A stretch of DNA of 64,000 bases from Alphaproteobacteria bacterium (GTDB lineage: Bacteria; Pseudomonadota; Alphaproteobacteria; Bin95): contig OZ219789.1 in NCBI GenBank assembly GCA_964291285.2, forward strand, positions 160,001 through 224,000. Reading direction: 5' to 3'. The notes under the pieces were generated by a model. That model was not told the origin of the DNA and did not search any database. It saw only the letters and a list, made by a program, of their open reading frames with translations. Within the stretch, counting starts at the first letter, position 1. Each line of letters starts with the position of its first letter. Below are positions 59,199-64,000 of the stretch, piece after piece. The position numbers and the translations under genes are program-made.

Positions 59199-60071
59199 CT
59201 ACGGCCCGCCCGCCCCCGCCACGACTGCCCGGAGCGCCTGCCAGTCCGGCGGGCCGGCGGCTGCAATGGGCTGGATGCAGACCTGGTCGGCGCCGGCGTC
59301 GAAATGCGCGCGGAGCCGTTCCGCAACCGTCTCCGCGCCGCCCCATGCCACCATGGCGTCCATCAGCCGGTCGGAGCCGCCGCCTTCCATGTCGTCGGCG
59401 GCGAAGCCGGTGCGGAGCCAGTTGTTGCGGTAATTGTCGAGCGTCATGTAGCGCGCGAGCTCCCTGCGCGCCGCCGCGCGGGCCGCTTCGGCATCTTCCA
59501 GCAGGCAGATTTTCTGCTCGACCGCGAGCCAGCGTCCGGGGCCGAGGATGGCGCGGGCGCGTTCCGTGTGCTCCGGCGTGACATTGTAGGGGATGGCGCC
59601 CCGGCAGAGTTCCGCCGCCAGTTCCAGCATGCGCGGCCCGAGCGCGGCGATCACCACCGGCCGGTCCGGGTCGTCGAGCGGCGGCCCGTCGGCCGCGATG
59701 CCTTCCAGGTAGCGGCGCATGGTGGCCACGGGGCCGGCATAGCGGTGGCCGCGGAGCGTCTCCACCAGCGGCGGGTGGCTGACGCCGAGCCCGAGCACGA
59801 AGCGCTCCCCGGAGAAGTCCGCGAGCGTGCGCCGCCCGTTGCGCGCCGTGACCGGGTCGCGGGCATAGATGTTGGCGATGGAGCTGCCGACGGCGATCCG
59901 CGAGGACCCGGCCAGCAGGTGCCCCGCCAGCGACAGGCTCTCGTATCCGGTCGATTCCGGATACCAGAGATGCGAGCAGCCGAGCGCCTCCGCGCCGCGC
60001 ACCAGCTCGCCGAGCCCCGCCCCGTCCAGCCGGTCGGTCGGATACCAGAAGCCGAATCGTCCGTAATGCAT
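59199..60071 (-). CDS. LLM class (putative F420-dependent) oxidoreductase
   Basis: WYPE, GSSIANIYARD, RFVLGLGVSH, AALGPRML, PYNVTPEHT, AGADQVCIQ. Confidence 0.9.
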   Translation of the reverse strand: MHYGRFGFWYPTDRLDGAGLGELVRGAEALGCSHLWYPESTGYESLSLAGHLLAGSSRIAVGSSIANIYARDPVTARNGRRTLADFSGERFVLGLGVSHPPLVETLRGHRYAGPVATMRRYLEGIAADGPPLDDPDRPVVIAALGPRMLELAAELCRGAIPYNVTPEHTERARAILGPGRWLAVEQKICLLEDAEAARAAARRELARYMTLDNYRNNWLRTGFAADDMEGGGSDRLMDAMVAWGGAETVAERLRAHFDAGADQVCIQPIAAAGPPDWQALRAVVAGAGGP

Positions 60072-60290
60072 GACTGGAATGTTCCTTTCCGTCGGGGCCC
60101 TGCGCCGTCTCCAGCAGCATAGCGTCCACCGTTGCCGGCGGCGATGAGGTCCGCGCTGTGCGTGGCTCGCATGCGGCGATTTAAACACCCTCGGAATTTC
60201 CCGACAGCGACAGGCCGCCGGATTGCGGCGCGAAGCGCGTCGCGTTACAGTTGTCCGGTGAGGATCAGGCACAAAGCTCGACTTTGTGCA

Positions 60291-61673
60291 TTATGCTGCG
60301 AAGCAGAGGGCGTACTGCATCCGCCTTATCTTGTCGGGCGGAATTATGTTTGGTTCCCGGTGTGGCGGGGAGCGCGATAAATTGTTTCCAAGCCAGAGTT
60401 GGCATCGTATGGCCGCGATTGCATCGGAGAATGTGACGCTGGTTTTCTGGTACCAGGCGGCGGCGTAGGACAGGTGGTTTGTCGAGAGCACGTCTGTGGC
60501 CCAGAGGCAGACGAGGCTGTAGAGCCCGCAGAGGACGGGGGTGGTTCGTGCGATCGCCGCGTGTGACCACTGGCGTTGTGTTTCGAGCCCGAGATGGGCG
60601 CGCAGTTCCTGGAAGGTGACCTCGACCTGCCAGCGCCGCACGAAGGTGGCGATGATCTTGGCCGGCTCCATGTTGGTGTCGGTGCAGAAGAACGCCTGCG
60701 GGTCCCGCTCGCCTTCCGGGTCTCGCACCAGCACCCATCGGATGGCCTTGGGAGGTGTGCCGGGACGATACCAGAGCGCGGTATCGGAGATGATCTGGAG
60801 TGTCTTTTCCTTCGAACTTCCGTACCAGCGCGGAAGCGTGATGCTTGTCCAGCGGGCATCGGGGTCGTCAAGGCGGGTCTGGAGCTTGGGCAGGGGCGGC
60901 CCCTTTTGCCGGGGTCGACCGCGTTTGTTCGGGTCGCGCGGCGGCGGGGGCGCGAAGAGGTTGGCATCGAGCCTCAGCCTGCTGATGAGGGTTGCGCGCT
61001 GTCCGATGCGCCAGGCGAGTTCGTGGGTTCCGAAACTGCTGTCGGCGACGAAGACGATCGCGCGTTGCGGGACCCAGCGAAGGATTTGAAGCATGCCCTG
61101 TCGCGCCCAGTCGGTGAGTTGCTTGTGACGCCGGCCTTGCCTGGCGGCGAAGCGTTCGGACGGGGCCAGGATGGTCAGGAAGGGCAGGGCCCTGATGCCC
61201 GGCGACCAGGGCAGCGGGACAAGCAGCATGAAGCTGAGCCAGCGCAGCCCGCTGGTCTTGACGAAATGGCCATGGCTGGAACGCACCGGGTCGCGATAGA
61301 TGCCGCGCGCCTTGATACGCGCGCCCCAGCGGCGCTCGATGGTGTCATCGAGCCCGATGATGATCGGTCCCTGCCCGGCAAGCCGCGCCACCAGCACGAG
61401 CACGAGCCGGCGTGAAAGGTCACGCGGGTCCCAGCGGGCGCGATTGAGAACCTGATGGTAGGACGAGAATGTCTCGCACATCGCCCGCCCGGTCACCCGC
61501 AGGCAGGCCGACACGGTTCTCTTGCCCGGCGCCAGCAACGCTCCCATGACCAGAACCGCCACCAGCCGCCAGGTCGGGGATGAGAAGGCGCCTCGAAAGG
61601 GCTCCAGCCAGTCGATCAGGAACGGCGGAACCGGATCGCCGATGGCGCTCGAAGGGTCGTCGAAATGTGTCAT
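60291..61673 (-). CDS. IS701 family DDE transposase
   Basis: GLDDTIERR, YRDPVRSS, VADSSF, RRWQVEVTFQE..HLG.ETQRQW; stop abuts the left IR. Confidence 0.92.
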   Translation of the reverse strand: MTHFDDPSSAIGDPVPPFLIDWLEPFRGAFSSPTWRLVAVLVMGALLAPGKRTVSACLRVTGRAMCETFSSYHQVLNRARWDPRDLSRRLVLVLVARLAGQGPIIIGLDDTIERRWGARIKARGIYRDPVRSSHGHFVKTSGLRWLSFMLLVPLPWSPGIRALPFLTILAPSERFAARQGRRHKQLTDWARQGMLQILRWVPQRAIVFVADSSFGTHELAWRIGQRATLISRLRLDANLFAPPPPRDPNKRGRPRQKGPPLPKLQTRLDDPDARWTSITLPRWYGSSKEKTLQIISDTALWYRPGTPPKAIRWVLVRDPEGERDPQAFFCTDTNMEPAKIIATFVRRWQVEVTFQELRAHLGLETQRQWSHAAIARTTPVLCGLYSLVCLWATDVLSTNHLSYAAAWYQKTSVTFSDAIAAIRCQLWLGNNLSRSPPHREPNIIPPDKIRRMQYALCFAA

Positions 61674-61782
61674 GACGACCTTCGAATCCAGAAGCATCCG
61701 GCATGCAAGGGCGCCCGCATGCGACCGGGTGAATCAGCATCGCTGCAGCGACAGAAGCCATCCAATCCGATATCACTGCTTC

Positions 61783-62070
61783 ATGGCCGCATCCGACCCC
61801 TGTCTGGCGCGCATCGAAGCGTTCAACAAATCCAGGGGCGGGGGCGTGACGGTCACCAGGGTGCGCGGCGGCTACAATCTGTATCTCACGGCCACGCAGG
61901 CACCGATCGCAAGGCTCCAGCCGAAAGGCTCAGGTGACAAGATGAGGGTGCGCTACTGGTCCTGGCGCCAGTCCTGGCAGGACGTCGGAGACATGGGGGG
62001 CATCGTGCTCCCGCTCGAACAGGCCCTCGACGAAATCGCCAAAAACGAGATCTTCTGGACATGGACGTGA
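61783..62070 (+). CDS. Hypothetical 95-aa passenger protein inside the IS
   Basis: MAASDPCLARIEAFN...PIARLQP..MRVRYWSWRQSW..LEQALDEI; GC3-rich; ends 8 nt before the right IR. Confidence 0.7.
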   Translation: MAASDPCLARIEAFNKSRGGGVTVTRVRGGYNLYLTATQAPIARLQPKGSGDKMRVRYWSWRQSWQDVGDMGGIVLPLEQALDEIAKNEIFWTWT

Positions 62071-62077
62071 GGTAATT

Positions 62078-63592
62078 TTGTACAAAGTCGAGCTTAGAGG
62101 TTCCGCCAGAGCCGATGTCATCCATGGATATGAAGGCGGAGACACTATTCGTGGAAAGGGCGGCGACGACTACCTCCATGGCGGCGGCGGCGACGACACG
62201 ATCCATGCCGGCGATGGCGACGATACGCTGTATGGAGGCACTGGAGACGACCATCTGCTTGGCAACCAGGGCAAAGATCGGTTCGTTTTCGAAATCGACG
62301 ATAACGGCGACGACACGATATACGATTTCAACAAGGCGGAGGATGTCATCTCTTTCGTCGATGACCTTGGCAGCAGCAGGATTTTCATCCGCCAGGACGG
62401 CAGGGATACCATCATCAGCTATGATGGCGGGACTGTCAGGCTGAAGAACACGCAGGCATTCGACGTGACCGCGGAGAGTTTCGCCGCGAAGGAGGTGTCG
62501 AACGACCGCATCGTTTATGGCGGAACTGATGGCGTCGACAGCATTATCGGTGGTGCCGGCGATGACCTGATCGAGGGCCTCGCTGGCAGCGACAACATCG
62601 AGGGCGGTGCCGGGGACGACACCCTCAAGGGCGGTGCCGGTGACGATACTCTCGCGGGCGGTGCCGGTGACGACATCCTTTATGGCGGCGATGGGGCTGA
62701 CACCCTCAAGGGCGGTGCCGGTGACGACATCCTTTATGGCGACGATGGCGCCGATACTCTCCACGGCGGCGGCGGGGACGACACCCTCAGGGGCGGCGCT
62801 GGGAAAGACCGGTTCGCCTTCAGTGCGGATAACGGCAACGACACGATCGTCGATTTCGAGGACGGGAAGGACTACATCGTCTTCACGGACCATGATACGG
62901 AATGGAACGATGTCACCATTACCCAACAGAATCGCCTTGGCGGCCGTATCGACACGGAGATCAAGCATGACGGCGGATCCGTCACGTTGAAAGGAATCAG
63001 GGAGACGCAGTTAAGCAAGGCAGATTTTCGTTTCAAGGGCATTGACTACGAGGGCGGCGACGGGAACGATTCCCGCATCGGCACCGACAACAACGATACC
63101 CTTTCGGGCGGTGGTGGCAATGACGTCTTGAAGGGGGGCGGCGGCGACGATGTCCTTGACGGCGGCAACGGTGTCGACGAGCTCTACGGCGAACAGGGTG
63201 ACGACAAGCTTTATGGCGGCGGCGATAACGATATCCTGACCGGCGGCATCGGCGACGACATTCTCGAAGGTCAGGGCAGCAACGACACACTCTCGGGCGG
63301 GGCTGGCGACGACACGCTGGTGGGAGGCGCCGGCAACGATACGCTTTCGGGCGGGGACGGAACCGACAAGTTCATCGTCCAGGTAGTCAATAATGGCGCC
63401 GACGTGATCAAGGACTTCGAAGACGGGAAGGACACTATCGGCTTTACCAGTGCTGATATCGAGTTCGATGATCTCACGATAAGCACCAGCAATATCTACG
63501 ATACGCTCATCACGTACAGCGGCGGAACCATCACGCTTGAAGGAATACGGACGTCGCAACTCACCGAGTCCGATTTCGATTTCATGGGTTGA
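62078..63592 (+). CDS. RTX (hemolysin-type Ca-binding) repeat protein, 5' end formed at the IS junction
   Basis: Many GGxGxDxL nonamers in three modules, each ending in D.F.F...GDD.I.DF...D.I...GGT/SV.L; no Sec signal, consistent with a type I secretion substrate. Confidence 0.88.
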   Translation: MYKVELRGSARADVIHGYEGGDTIRGKGGDDYLHGGGGDDTIHAGDGDDTLYGGTGDDHLLGNQGKDRFVFEIDDNGDDTIYDFNKAEDVISFVDDLGSSRIFIRQDGRDTIISYDGGTVRLKNTQAFDVTAESFAAKEVSNDRIVYGGTDGVDSIIGGAGDDLIEGLAGSDNIEGGAGDDTLKGGAGDDTLAGGAGDDILYGGDGADTLKGGAGDDILYGDDGADTLHGGGGDDTLRGGAGKDRFAFSADNGNDTIVDFEDGKDYIVFTDHDTEWNDVTITQQNRLGGRIDTEIKHDGGSVTLKGIRETQLSKADFRFKGIDYEGGDGNDSRIGTDNNDTLSGGGGNDVLKGGGGDDVLDGGNGVDELYGEQGDDKLYGGGDNDILTGGIGDDILEGQGSNDTLSGGAGDDTLVGGAGNDTLSGGDGTDKFIVQVVNNGADVIKDFEDGKDTIGFTSADIEFDDLTISTSNIYDTLITYSGGTITLEGIRTSQLTESDFDFMG

Positions 63593-64000
63593 CCGGGCGG
63601 CATTCCGGTTCCGGCGGCGACCGCAGTGCTCCATTTTGCGTGGCGCACGGAATTTGATAATCGACTCCGCAGTGGGCGGAGCCGCCTGCATTCCGTCCAT
63701 GGGTGCTCGAGGATTGGGCGGATGAACATGGCGCCGGGGGGACCTTGGCCGGTGAGTGTTCAAGCTTTCTTGGGCAGACAGCGCCTGTACATCGGCCTTG
63801 CGCGAACGCGCCATGGTGAACCGTCGCTGCTGATGCCGGTCGAGCCGGATACGAATCTGGACGACGTTGGCGTGGATGCGCTGAACCGGGCGGTCGTCAG
63901 GACGAAGGCAAAGGGCTGCCCAATTGCTGACAGCCGAGAATGACAGTCAGAACGATCCAAGATCAAGGTGTGCTTGATTTAAGGCATGTTTCTGTCGCAG

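Larger units (their letters stand above)
60274..62095 (-). mobile_element. IS701 family insertion sequence with divergent passenger ORF
   Basis: IRs AAGCTCGACTTTGTGCA (60274-60290) / TGTACAAAGTCGAGCTT (62079-62095), 16/17; no target duplication visible. Confidence 0.85.

Noticed and set aside
61681-61691. TTCGAATCCAG match to the tRNA-Gln T-arm as an attR
   Set aside because: Only 11 bp, does not extend to the tRNA 3' end, and lies inside the IS.
63626-63943. 105-aa ORF after the RTX gene
   Set aside because: No recognisable motif or convincing SD; may be a gene fragment but cannot be supported.

Overview
GC-rich bacterial chromosome segment, most consistent with an Alphaproteobacterium (inferred from the type-B L36 and general gene content). 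It is mostly core and catabolic genes: tRNA-Gln, rpmJ, lptD, a glnE-like gene, metY, a TTT transporter, two peptide/nickel-type ABC systems, CoA-transferases, oxygenases and hydrolases. Accessory DNA includes a class IIC group II intron inserted after a terminator and itself interrupted by an IS5-family element, a HigBA module, a VapBC-type module flanked by an 88-bp duplication of a gene 3' end, an IS701-family element with a passenger ORF abutting an RTX-repeat gene, and a palindromic REP-like unit. The least explained stretch is a ~0.8-kb intergenic element at about 13983-14770. It has a LexA-like box abutting TTGACA, a long self-complementary leader, a frameshifted ORF remnant and two blocks of 10-bp-phased TGTCATG repeats. 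Other oddities are a low-GC patch inside a YjgN gene, a GlnE with a degenerate C-terminal catalytic motif, and a Cys-less racemase paralogue. All calls are by eye from motifs; no database searches were run.
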